Source: Auanema rhodensis
Taxonomy: Eukaryota; Animalia; Nematoda
Length of the DNA stretch: 64,000 bases
Direction of reading: 5' to 3'
NCBI GenBank assembly: GCA_964057225.1
Contig: OZ059899.1
Coordinates: 7,130,001 to 7,194,000, forward strand
Of this stretch, positions 12,577-25,962 are shown piece after piece. The number at the start of each line of letters is the position of its first letter. Positions within the stretch are counted from its first letter, which is position 1. The position numbers were made by a program, and so were the translations under genes. The notes beneath the pieces were generated by a model that worked only from the letters and a program-made list of their open reading frames with translations, searched no databases and was not told where the DNA came from.

Positions 12577-13838
12577 GTCACCTAGTTCATTGTATTGCTA
12601 TATCGTCCATTCAACGGTTCGCCATTGATCTTGTGATTTTTTTGTAATTTCATGCATTTTTGTGCTTTTGGTATATACATATTTATATTACTATCATTCC
12701 ATAACGTGATATGTACTATTTCTCTTTAAGATGAATCAATTATCCTTTGTAGATATTTACATATTTATTTATTTACTTTTGAGCAGATAGATTTTCTGGA
12801 CATATGATAAACGCTCGTTTTTACATAATAAAACTTAATTTGATCTGTTTATCGTTTTCATTAGTTTAGCAACCGATAGAATAGAATGAAATTTTGAAGG
12901 TTACACGAGCTAGCCTGTTTCCCCATTTTATTGATCGTGTCTCTTATGACCTCCTGGCAATCGGCTACTTATTTTGCATGTATTTCTATAATAGTACATT
13001 ACAAATTCAATATATTTCAATATTTTCACTCAAACAATACGTTTCGATTCACAGATTGCCCTCACATAAAATGTATAAATTGCATTTTTCATAGTTTTTG
13101 TTATGAAGCTTGTATGATCTCCGTAGATTTGAAGTTACCTGTTTTTCCACCTTGATTCATATTGACTACTCTTGTTTTTTATTACCTTTTGTTTGTTATA
13201 ATACTAGGTTTCATACATAATACTTTCAGAACGTAGTAGTCTATTTTATTCTCATATAAAAGTATAATACGTTATGGACTCTGCACCGGAAGAGTCCGAT
13301 AATAGAGAAGAAGAATGTTGTCGCTGTATTGCTGAAGTGTTTACGGACTGTTTCAATATATTTGGAAAATGCTTAGATGCAATTCTTGGATGTTGTTGTA
13401 TCTGTTCAGCTGAATGCTGTTCATCTGATTGTTGCTGATCTCTCTCTATGACTATATCATACGCTGTTGAAATTAACCTTTCATGTAAACCATACTTAAC
13501 AAATATCACAAACAGTTTTAATGAATAAATATTTGGCATAAAAACATATTAATTATGATTTGATGTTTGTATTTTGATAACAAGGCATGATGTGTTCAGA
13601 ATCCATTCGATTCTTTTATAATCCAATGAAATATGAGGTTTTTGAAAACATAATAAAAGCTTGATGAGGAAGAGAAAGCTTGAGAGGAAGTTAAGAGACG
13701 TATCACAGATGAATGCCCCAGCTGATGCGGAACCCGAAATAGTTATGTGCATGCAAGTGATATAACAACTTTGCGGTTTTTGATCTTTCCAGGAAGAATT
13801 TGCTATATAAAGGTTTGTGTCATTTGATTCTTACATGG

Positions 13839-15336
13839 TTAACAGCATCGTTCGCCACAAAAAACTGTTATAGATGCTACGATCGTGTCTAATATGGCTA
13901 TTCCGAGAGCACCGACAGCAAGCCAGAATGAGTAACCAACCTTAAGAAAGTAAATAAAGTATCAAACTACATACATGCTTCAAAAATCTTACCTCACTCG
14001 TCATCTTGTCTTTAATATCTTGGAAATCTTGTATATTTTCTGTAAAATATGAAATAATGAAAATTCAGCTGCTAGACGCAAACCATAAGCATGTTTGTTG
14101 TTAACTGCATATACTATTACTGCTACTGCCAAGAATATAACAACAAAGAAAGATAATGGTGATAATGGATGAAGAAGATATTTCTTACAACAGCAAGCAC
14201 AGCTGAAAATTGAAAATAAACGTGATTAGAAAAGTAAATACAATTTTGGTTTTAATTAGTTAGATTGTTCGCACTAACCAGCTAAATAAATTCCAGAGAA
14301 GCGCAATAACTTCAGTTGCAATAGCTAATCCCATGAAAACAATCACAACTCGTTCCCAGTCAGCCAAGTTCTGGAAAACTCATTTATGTCATATTGCTGT
14401 TGACACATGGTACTCACTTTCCACCACATTTTACAGTAATCCTTATCACTCATATTATTTGGAGCTTTATGTCCACCAGGAAATGAGCAAGCATATGGTA
14501 AGATACCTTGAGCATCAGGAATATCCAAGTTCTTTAGATCATTCTTTATTTGATCACTAAATTCACGCCATCCTAAATATATATTTTCTTATAATATTAC
14601 TATATTAATTGTTTATTTTATATTTTTAAATAATTAATTTGAACTTTTTGTGATAAAATGAATTTCTCCATATTATAACGATAAGGTCTACCATTCAACA
14701 TGAATACTAATATGATGTTTTTCATCCTATGTTTTTAACTTCTATTTAATCAGAATAAAAATATAAAATTAAATATTCAATTGAAAGAATAAAATATTTT
14801 GGAACATTTTGAACTGTCGTTTCAGTGTTCAATCAGGTCTATGCCGCTTGACAAAAAAAATGTCCTTTCTGTGTGTTGGCGAAAAATCAACAGAAAGAAA
14901 ATCTATTTAGTCTCTAATCTCTATATAATTTTTAGATATATTATATTTTATATAACCTATATATTAAAATATGTAAATACAAGTTGTGCAATAATTAATG
15001 AAAATGAAATCATAGTGAAATTATTATATTATCATATGAGAATTTGCAATGACTTACTTCAAATGATAGATGTTCGTATACTATTATATTTATATTTAAA
15101 TGTTAAACTTATATTGAATTTAACTATATAATTAAAATTATATGTTCAATATATTACTAGTAGTATGTTAGATTGAAAGAAAACCTATCAGAGGACAAAT
15201 AACTTCCGTTTTCAAAATTTTCCTCGTACATGACGTAACATATATTACCTGGCGTAAACATTGAAGTTAATGTTAGAGCTAAGCAGGCAGCCATAAGTAC
15301 TCCATAAATAATCTGACCACACGCCGAAAGACACAT
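13839..15336 (-). CDS. Claudin-like (Clc-like) four-pass membrane protein
   Basis: Spliced: MCLSACGQIIYGVLMAACLALTLTSMFTPGWREF..GILPYAC..YCKMWWK NLADWERVVIVFMGLAIATEV..CACCCKKYLLHPL..VGYSFWLAVGALGIAILDTIVASITVFCGERCC*. Four hydrophobic segments, W-GLW-like loop, GYSFWL motif. Confidence 0.8.
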
Positions 15337-16135
15337 TTCTATTAAGTAAAAAAAAATAATTATTGATTATACACTATTAATTCTAATAAATAACGAAAAT
15401 TAAAACTGGACAGATATTAAGAAAGATTGAAAAGTTGAAATCCGCATAATATTTGTAAATACTTGAAAATTAAAATAGTTTGAACATGAAATTCTGAGGA
15501 AGAGATTCATGTGTAAGCATGCGCAGAGGAACTATGCTGAACCTAAACGAAAAGAGTGTATATCGCCGAAACGACAAATGTGCAATGACTGAATTATGTG
15601 ATTCAACTAGGGTTATAAAGTGATTAAGAGTTCGTTTGTTTATTTGAAGAAATATTGGTTATAATATTGTAGGAACCATCTGATAAGCAGTATGAAGTGT
15701 ATTATTCTGCAATCTTTCAAAATAATTTTATGATGACTCATTAGGTTTAGAAAGTGTTTAGAATAAGATGGTTGGAGAACACTATGAGTGAATCAGAATG
15801 ATTATCCTGTCTGAATACAGAAAAAACTATTTGAATTGTAACGATTCCTCAGGGTGTGCCGGAGGTATCATAAACATCGGAACGCTTATTAACGACATGA
15901 CGAGTCGCGTGTCTATTACAGGTTTTGATGTTAACGTTTGTTGGTTAAAGTTTATACGTGGCTGTTTGTGTATAAAGAGAAGGTGGGTAGGTATGATTGA
16001 ACAAAAACAAGAGAACGATTCAAGAAAAGCTGACGGTCGAAAAACGGTTTGCTCAACTGAAGAGTTCAGACATGAGACATGGTTAAAGGTGTATGACATC
16101 AGAATAAGCGGCAGATTTAAAAAAAGGATGAAAAG

Positions 16136-16177
<42 letters not shown>

Positions 16178-16223
16178 GAGAGAGAACGCGAGAACGAGAG
16201 AGAGTGAGATAGAGTAGAGTAGA
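16136..16223 (+). repeat. (GA)n microsatellite / purine tract
   Basis: Directly visible GAGAGA run with degenerate flanks. Confidence 0.9.
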
Positions 16224-18907
16224 GGGTTAAAGATAAAATGAGAAACTAGTCAAATAAGACTATGACACCAGGTACTATTAGGGCTAGAGTCAACATATGA
16301 ATGTTTAAACGTGGATTTTTGTATGGCTTTGTCCAGAGAAGTCTTCCTGTAGATGGTTCCACATAATGATATTTCAAAAGTTTTTGTTGACAATTGGAAC
16401 ATAGAATATAATTTTTCAAATGAAATTCTAAAAATTGTACCCAAAACTTTTTAAAAGTAATTTTCTCATAAATTTTACAAACAAAAAAGAAATGATAGAT
16501 AAGAGAAGTATGTTATTGTTGATTTTCCAATTGATGAAGGAAAAAAAGAAAATATCAATCATTAACTCAAAGGAATAGTTGAATCAGCACTCACTGTACT
16601 TACATGTTTATAAGTATTCATTTGAATTTAAAAAATAAATAAAAGTTGAAAAAGTATGTGAGTATCATATAACTTTAGTTCAAAATAAACAAGGCATAAA
16701 GACTTTTCCATAATAACTTTATAGTTTAACTTCATTATAATCTTTTATATGTATAAGTAAGTTATAAGTTTTTTTTTCAGTTCCTCCTTGTGATAAAATC
16801 TACTAACAACGATGTGAAGTTGAAACCTTTTTGGAAATGGAACGATTCATTCCCAGATTGCTCAATAATGACTCATCAGAAACTGGAGAGGTTTAACATC
16901 CGAATTCGAGGATAAAACGAAAAATAATATGAACTTCCAAGAGAAAACTAGCAGCTTCACATGATAGGGGGATGATGCATTGAATGACATTTAAAATCGT
17001 CTCCCAAAATAATAAAATAACAATAAAGCTGATCAAATATGGAGAAATTCTCACATAGCAATGGCATTTGCGGTATACAAATCAAAGATTTTGTAATAGT
17101 TATTGACGTTTTATTTGATTTTAAAAAATTGAATATAATTAGATTATCACATATAATATACTTCAAGATAAGAACATAAAATAATATTTTAATGGAATAA
17201 AGGAAAACTATGTATGTATATGTAGTTTATGAAAACCTATGTTTGCTGCTAAGCAACGCTATCAAACTTTTTGACCAGATGCTATACTGATTATATCTAT
17301 TGCAAATGTAATAATTAATATTTAATATTAAATTGTTCATTAAATTATAATAATTAACGTTAAATATTGGTATAAAGATCGGAAGTAATATCATGATATA
17401 TACATACATACATAGGTAGATATGACTATGATCAAAAACGAATAACAGGTTATGAGAAATCATGTTCAGGAAAAAAACTGTGGTTTCACAAAGGACAAAT
17501 CATAAAAATTAAACGAAAGGACCAGAGAGAAAGGATAAATGGAAAAACTAGTTGAGGAAGTTGACAAAGATTTGATGTCGTCAATGGAATGCTTCTTAAT
17601 GTACATGTCGGAAGAATGTAAAACAAAAAAAATTAAGATTGAAACCTTTGAGCTGAAGAAAGAGACATAGGGAGATAGAAATTTTTAATTTTTTTTCCAG
17701 AAATACTTCTGTTTTATTCTCTATTCTAATAAATTCTGACACACATATATTTATATGTTTCTGGGTAGTCATAGCAATTTTAAATAAAAATATGAAAATT
17801 GTTTCTATGGAATCAAAGCACGGTTGCAGCAGATTTTGAAATAGTTTCTAAGTTAATCTCAGTTTTTTCATATATTTTTATACTCATATTGTTCACCGAT
17901 CAGAATTAAAAATATGTAAATAAAAATTTTGAGATTTAAAAAAGAAAAAATAAAGAAAACAAAATATCTTCAATTGGTAATATTTTATATAAATATTTTA
18001 TAATAAATAATAAAATATAAATTAAAAAACAGATGAAATATACATATTGAGAAAAGAAAAAAATAATTATAATAAATAGAAGTGAAATATTGATTTGAAT
18101 TTGAAAATTTGATAAAAAGTCTCAAAAAAGAATATCAAATTACCTGGATGAATGTATAGTTTGTATGCATATACTATATGCATATAAGGCTTCAGGAAAA
18201 AGGAATTGAAGAATGTTTGAACAGATAATATGACATGTCAAGAGGTAAAAATTGAGAAAACTTTAATAACTAATTATTCAAAGTGTATACTGATGCTGTT
18301 TATAAAAATAATAATACAAAATATAATATTTACTATAACAATCTGTATTATCAGATATACAATCTGTAGCTCATGATGATATTGTTGTGTTCTGTTCTCA
18401 TATTAATAGCAACGATATTGAATTTTTATTAGAAAAAATATAAAATATATTTTATTTTACATTAAAATATGTTTAAATAAATAAATATTTATATATAAAT
18501 TTAAGTTTCAATATAATAAAAAGAATTGGCTATTACTAGAACATATGTAATATGCATAATGTATAGCAAGATGGATATGAAATTAATTAATTTACGGCCT
18601 TTCATATATAACTGAAGACTTTTTATTGAAAGCTTTTCACATATTTCATCTTTTATGTTCATTTTCTATTATATAATATGGAAATATGCCAAAAAATTAT
18701 GTATATACTCCCTTTTCTATACAGATGTTTCTTAAACTCACCAGCGAACACATTTGTTTTGCTTCTCACTAGCTGGTCCAATGGACGACTCATATTCGGA
18801 ATAGCATACAGTATGTAAAGAGATGGTATATAAACCATTAAATCTATTCTAAAAGCATTTTCTTTCTATGCTTAAGATTAATACTATTTTTCTTTTTCAG
18901 GAAGAGG

Positions 18908-20451
18908 ATGAAAGATTTTGCTTGGATTTTAGGCTTATTTAGCATAGCTTATGGTGTTGAACAAAAAATTGCTGCTAAAGGCCATGTGAACTGTCGAGGT
19001 GTACGTCAGCCAGGCGTCTTTATCCAACTTTATGATGAAGATTCAAGTTGGATTGTATGTATACAATAATCTATATTATACGTTTTAAGTTTTTTTCTGG
19101 GAATCAGATGATTTGATGGGTACCACAAATTCTGATGCTTTTGGAACATTTTGCATTAAAGGAAAAACTTGGGAAGTAAATTATACTTGATAATATTGAT
19201 ATAATCTTATTTTATATTTATAGTTTACTCAAATCGAACCATATATTCTTATCGAACATAATTGTGGTTATGAAGGAACTGAAGAAAAAGTATGTTTCAA
19301 TCTCATATTATATTGAAAAGTATTTTAATTTGTGTTTGATATCATTTAGAATTTTTGAAAAAAAATTTACGGTTGCATTCACAATTTCAAAATTATTCAA
19401 TATAAGGATTAATTATAATAAGTTCAGACAAAATACAAGCAATATCTCAGTCCACATTTTATAACTCAAAGAAATAATTCATATTTTATTGAACATTTAG
19501 GTGAATTAGAATTATTAAAATCAGGTATGAAAATGAAAAAATATATTAATATAAATTACTGTATGTACATTTGATATAGATGCACCAATACAAGTATACA
19601 AAAGAAGAAATTTAGTTTATAAGCATGTTCATCGTATTCATCAGGATCGCATTAATGAGTGCATGCCTTACTATGCTACATATAAAGATTATTTTGAAGA
19701 GGTATAAACATTCATAATATTATTTTAATTATATATAATATGTTTAAGCAAGTATTTCGTAAAAACAGTACTCATCCATATTTATTACAAAAATCAGATC
19801 ATGAGTTTGAATCGACTACAATTGCATCAGTCATAGATCATGATAAAACAAATATGAAGAACATAGAAGAAGATATATTAGAAATGGAAAAAGAAGAACT
19901 GATGATATTAAAAGAATATCATGAAGATGTTAATTTATTTATTTAATATTCGATATAATATTACCAATTTTAGGAGAAAAAATTTTTAGACGAGCTGAAG
20001 AACAACATGAAGAGCGGCTTTCATCAACCAACTAAGAAGAATGACTTTTCCAAAGAGGTTGTTCATAGACTATTGTTTTCAGCTATATGATTTTTGAAAA
20101 ATTCAGGAAGATGTAGGAAAACAACCAAGTGAAGGTTATAGTGATTACTCTGAAGTTCAAGAGGTTTAAAAGTCATTTTACTTAATAATATTGAAAAAAT
20201 ATATATTTTAGATTATTCAGCATCATATACCAGATGCTCAACTTCTTGATGCCGTATTAGTCAATCATCATGAGTTATCCCACAAATTACCTACAAAACA
20301 TGCTGATGAGTTAGATGAAGTTTCATCCATAATAAATGGAAATCATTATGATCCATGCGCTTATAGAAGAAAACGATATCCACATGTTCCTATTCATAGG
20401 AACGATCCATGTTATCATCATTTTATGAAAGTATCTAATCGAAAATTCTAA
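18908..20451 (+). CDS. Secreted transthyretin-like (TTR-52 family) protein with a long acidic/His-rich C-terminal extension; 3' end approximate
   Basis: Signal peptide MKDFAWILGLFSIAYG, then KGHVNC..IQLYDED..DDLMGTTNSDAFGTFCIKG..IEPYILIEHNC (TTR signature), followed by further GT-AG exons. Confidence 0.8.
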
Positions 20452-22016
20452 TTCTTTCAGTTTTTTCTATTAATCAATATCAATTTGTTATTATTTTATG
20501 TTATTCAGTATTATTTCTATTTTTAGTTTCATTTTTATTATATAAAACTTATATTGAGCTACATATAAGCATTTTAAATAGAATTATTGAGTTTTTCAGA
20601 AACTATATTCTATTTAAAGGAGCGTGATTACCCACTACTCTTGCAACATTCCTATATTCAAAAGTTTCTGAATACATGCGGTACACTTAAATTCAGCTTC
20701 CATTCTACATTTCGTAGATACTTCTGCTCTTTCATCTTAGTGTTTTATGTTTTTAGCTAACTCCGCTTTTCCCTGTATTCTCTCTATCTTACTTCTATTT
20801 TATTTCGCTTAAACGAACTTAAGAACGATGAAAGTTGAACAGAAAAGAACGCAAATTGTTAACTTTGAGCGTACGGATCTCCGGAAAGGAAGATAAGGCC
20901 GAACCAACCAACTTCAATCATGCTATATTTACTGCTGTTTATCCACGCGAAGCTCCAGCTGACAAGTCGTCCACTATTTCTCGATTAAATTAGTCTTATT
21001 AGAAGATCCTACAATGTCTGCTGTTCCCTCCATCACCCTCTTCCTAACTCTTTCTCTCTCCGTATTTGTTCCTTTTCTTTTCAATCCCTTTCCTCTCATT
21101 CTTCCAGCTTCTATCTCTAGCTGCTCTCCTCTCAATAAGACCTCCTCTTGTGCCTTCAGGCCTCCTTCCGGCACCCGTCTCTCACAGCAATCGATGGAGC
21201 TCTGCTTCACCTGCTGCTCGCTGGCTTATAGTGTTATTTAGGGTCTTAAACAAGTCCGACTTAATAATAATAATAATAGTTAAATAATTTCTACATATAT
21301 TTTCTCCAAATAAATAACAATATTCTTTATAATATTTCTTTTCCTATTTTTTATTTCTCAATTCGAGTTCAAATCTTTTTTTTTATGAATAAAATTATAA
21401 CTTTTCTTTTTGAAATTGAGTATTTCATTGTGAACGATGACTTCTGCTGTCAAAAATTATTGATGTATTCTTCTACAACTTGTTGTAAAAAATGATTTTT
21501 TACTTTATTTTTAATACAAAACAAAATTATTTTATTCGTAATCTATATTCTAATCCTTAATATTATTTTAATATATATATATAAACAAAATTGTAGTCAA
21601 AGTATAAAATTATTTTTTAATATTTGTTATTGAATATAGATTTTAAACGCTCAATGGATTTTTATTAAAGCTTTGTAATTTAATACGTGATACCTTCATT
21701 CAATCTTTTTAAGCTTCATCTACTTTGTTTAATATTTTCATTTTAAAAATCTATATTTTAAAAATTCTTTAAAGTGAATAAGAAAGCATACTTTGGTTGA
21801 ATAAGGAAAAAAGCAAAAGCTTTAAGTATAAAAGCTTATTGATTAGTGCTAAAAGCTCTTTTAGTTTGAAATTAGTTCTGTTGGTAGATAGGACCTTTAA
21901 TTCACATTTTCTTATTTTATCTCATTTCTTTTCTTTATTTTCACAAAAATAATTTTAGTTTTCATTAAATAATCTTTTAATTTATTTTTCAGATTTATTT
22001 CATTATGTTTCCATAA

Positions 22017-22408
22017 ATGGGTGGTGTGGTTTCATCGCTTGGCTTTAATCAGCCTTTTGTCTTAGCTCTGCTTGGGTAGGTTCTTTACGGAAGCGTTAAT
22101 AACATTTTATATTAAATAAGTATTATAAATATTTAATTTCTTATATATAAACTTAATATAATTTTGATATATCAAATATTTATCATAAAAAAAGAAAACT
22201 AATTATTGTTCAATTCCAGCATTGTACTTATGTTAGCTCTTACTGTTATGGCTGTAAGTGGTGATCCAGAGCCAGTTCATCATTACGATATTATCGTAAG
22301 TAACCTTGTTGTCTATTGTATTTTTTGAAGTTTTTTTAATGAAAACCATCATTTCAGCCTCAAATTCGGGTACGAGCACCAACTGCGGCACCGAGAAAAA
22401 CCGTCTGA
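22017..22408 (+). CDS. Unannotated 61-aa microprotein (exons 22017-22075, 22220-22295, 22358-22408)
   Basis: TTTTTCAG acceptor upstream of the ATG and two phase-compatible GT-AG introns. Product MGGVVSSLGFNQPFVLALLGIVLMLALTVMAVSGDPEPVHHYDIIPQIRVRAPTAAPRKTV*. Confidence 0.72.
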
Positions 22409-22518
22409 AGGTATTAGCCGATAAGATATAATATATACTTTTCATATTTGAAAAATAAAAAAAAACTAATTTATTTTGTACAAAACCTGTTATATATGAA
22501 TGAAATAATATGAAACTC

Positions 22519-24636
22519 TCAATATTGTATACAGACAGTCTTAGCTTCTGTAAAGAAGTGAAGAGAATCTTCAGTTCCTTCTCTTCCAATTCCTGATTGT
22601 TTCGTGCCGCCAAATGGCATTTTCAAGTCTCGAGTCTGTGATTTAAATGAAATTTTCAGCATCTGTTAGACAATTTCTATAACATACCAGCCAAGTGTTA
22701 CACCAAACAGTACCCACACGAAGTTGATTAGCAGTACTGATTAACTCCGATACATTTTCACTCCAAATTGTAGCAGAAAGGCCATAAGGTGATGAGTTTG
22801 CACGGCGAACAACCTCCTGAAAAATATGTTAGATGTTCATGAAGTAATTAAAACAAACATGTTCATCCTCAAACTTAGTTATGCATACAACAGGACCGAA
22901 AATTTCTTCATTCATGCAACGACTCTCATCAGATATATCTGTTACAACTGTAGGAGCAATATAGTATCCCTAAAGTATATCATAATCTTTTAGAATTTGA
23001 TTTAGTTTGACAAGCCTCAGAACATTTTCCTGAAAGGGTTAAAGCTCCCCCACAATGTACTGTTCCTTCTTTATGTGCTATATCTATGTAGTGTTTAACC
23101 TACAAAGGAAATATCTAAATTATTGTTTTCTATAAACCAGCAGGAAACCTTTTCAAAATGAATTTTTGAGTTCATAGCTCCCAATGTCATATTTTCTTCT
23201 GGATCTCCAACGGAGTACTAAAATATATTTCAAATTTAAATCTGATCATATATCATCAACTATACTTTCTTTGTTTCCTCTAAAAATTTCTCCAAGAATA
23301 GATTATAGATCTTGCTATGAACATACAATCGACTAGTACATAAACATATTTCTCCTTGATTAATGAAACAAGATCTAAAATCCAGTAAAGTTGATGAATC
23401 ATCTTCATTCGAATACCTTGCAATTGTAGCGATATGCTTTTCCAAATTAACAGAAGGATATACTATGGCAGCATTTTTGCCTCCCATTTCCAATGAAATC
23501 TTTTTGTTGTGAACTGCACCAGTAGCACCAATTCGTTTTCCAACAGCCGTACCTGATAAAGTAATGTTTTAACGTTAATCTGTGTTTTGAGATAACATTG
23601 ATAATTTTAATAAAAGAACTAAGATTATTAATATAATCTATCAAAAAATATAATAAAGTCTTACTTCCGGTGAAACTTATCAGTGGTACATCAGCATGCT
23701 CAACCAGATGCTGTCCAGCAGAAGGGCCGCTTCCAATAATCATATTAACAACACCATCAGGGAAACCTTGAATAATAAGAAGAAATAAACAAAGTAATTA
23801 AGAGCATATATTACTTACCAACTTCTTTGAAAGCATGCATTAAAACCCAAGCTGTAACGCTAGTTAACTCGCTTGGCTTACAAACTACAGTATTACCAGA
23901 TATCAAAGCTGGAGCCAGTTTGAAAGAGAGCTAAACATAAAATGTCGTAAATCTGTTACAAAAAAACATAATTTACTAAGTACAATGGTAGATTCCAGGG
24001 ACTGATTAATCCTGCAACACCAACAGGATCTCTTTTAACGTAGTTGATAGCTCTGGTTGGCTTTTCCAAAAGTGAAAATCTTAATTGTATATGCATTCGA
24101 AGATTACTCAATTTCTGAAAACGTACGATTCTGTGTGATGCAATGATGAACTTGCAAAAAAACGGAAGTTATGTACACATCTTGGAATATCAACAATACT
24201 ATAATGTGAAATGAATTTTTTATAAAATTCAAAACTTTACGTGGCCAGTTTAATTGGCTTTCCTTGGTCGCGAGACTCTAACTCAGCTAAGCCATTCATA
24301 TGTTCTTCCAGCAAATTTGCTAATTTTTCCATCAAATTTGAGCGATACTCTACTGTTGTTTGAGACCAACTGAAATCACCTCCTCCTGCATGTATTCAGT
24401 TTTCAACGAAAAAAATACCTTTCAAAAGCTGATTGAGCAGCATTCACCGCTAGTTGGACATCTTCTTTTGTAGAGTCTGGTATGCGAATCCAAGACTTTC
24501 CTGTTCCTGGATTAACTGAATCCATCACCCCACCTAAAGCAGGTGCAACAAACTGCCCATTTATAAAGTTTGTTAAATTTTCGTGTTCTCCATTTTTCGC
24601 TTCAATCAAATTCGCAATAACATCACCAAGTGCCAT
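22519..24636 (-). CDS. alh-10: Aldehyde dehydrogenase ALDH8A1-like (2-aminomuconic semialdehyde dehydrogenase)
   Basis: LISPWNLPLYL, ISFTG, EMGGKN, NQGEICLCTSR (catalytic Cys), EEIFGPV, PFGGTKQSGIGREG. Confidence 0.9.
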
Positions 24637-25027
24637 CTAAATTACAAGTAGAAAATCAAGCATTTCAAAGACGATAAAGATAAAAAAAAACAAAAACTTA
24701 TGATTATAAAGGATTTCAATAACTTTTGATTTGCAAAATAGAATACATGTTGAAGTTGCTAAAAGTTTAAATATTTGTCACACCATTTGATATTAAAAAA
24801 ATAATCAATAGGGTCGTCAAACCGGTTGATTTTCCATGACCTATGAAGAGGATAACAATCAGAAGTTTACATGATATTATTGATTATCTTATTGTTATAT
24901 GAATAGATGACTAATAATGTTCAAAACTTTATTAAAAATATATAAAAAAGTAAACAAACAAACAAACAAACAAAAAGCTATTTATAAACCGGTGAAAATT
25001 AAATGTCTTAGTAGAATGTACAACTAT

Positions 25028-25962
25028 TTACTTCTTGAAAGCAAGGTGAAGTCCATCACCGCAGTTCAACAAGACAGAGTTTGATTTATTATCGTTGTAT
25101 ATCTGAATAAATCATTAGAAACGATCTCAATAATATGAATACCTTCTTGTTGGTGTCGTCAATAGACTTGGAAGAAAGATCTTCAGCAGGGTATCCAGTA
25201 GCAACAATTCCATTCCACAGAGACTGAACAGTACAGATTTGATACTTAGAAACTATGAAATCACTTACGTTGTCAACCATGATGACACCTCCTTTACGGA
25301 GAAGAGTCATACAGCGATCATAATAGTTGGGATAGTTACCCTTGTCAGCGTCAATAAAAGCGAAGTCAAAGGTTCCAGAGGCTCCATTAGCAATTAAGTC
25401 ATCTAAAACATGAATGTTATAGAAAAAGAAAAAGAAATAAAGAAATCATAAACATTAATGAGTTTGAAAATATTACCAAGAGATTGCAAAGCTGGGGCTT
25501 CAACAGCGCAGATTTTACCAAAAGTCTTTGGGCATTTGGCAATGATTTTTTCTCCAAACTCTTTGTAGTTTTTGTGATCAATGTCAAAAGTAAAAACCTG
25601 AAATGATTTAATGCATTATATATTTTACAAGAATATATTCTCACTTTTCCATCATCTTCCAAGGCCAAAGCCCAAGCAAGAGCAGATGCACCAGTGTAGG
25701 TTCCGATATCAAGGCATTTTTTAGCTCCGATCAATTGAATAAAGTTTTGACCAACAGTTAGAACCTCTGGAGCTCCTAACATAACATTCCTGGGAGCATT
25801 TTCAAGAGTGTGGTTATGAAGTTCCTTTTGTAATGGATGTAACTTAACCGAATGCTGAAAGATCGAATTATACATGAAATAAATTGAGCTAGATAAAACC
25901 TCAGTGCAGTACTTGATGATAGGATCTGCTCCAGCTTCGTGACTCTTGGCAACAATGCTCAT
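25028..25962 (-). CDS. Catechol O-methyltransferase domain protein (COMTD1 / nematode comt family)
   Basis: MLGAPEVLTVGQNFIQLIGAKKCLDIGTYTGASALAWALAL, FDFAFIDADK, GGVIMVDN, GDGLHLAFKK*. Confidence 0.93.

Noticed and set aside
15798-16217. 139-aa (+) and 90-aa (-) ORFs
   Set aside because: The + ORF runs into the GA microsatellite; no homology or splice support recognised for either.
16500-17670. Short open segments with splice-like sites on +
   Set aside because: Could not be joined into a continuous frame.
20974-21287. Overlapping ORFs in a CT-rich tract
   Set aside because: Low-complexity pyrimidine-rich sequence; more likely the regulatory region of the downstream microprotein gene.
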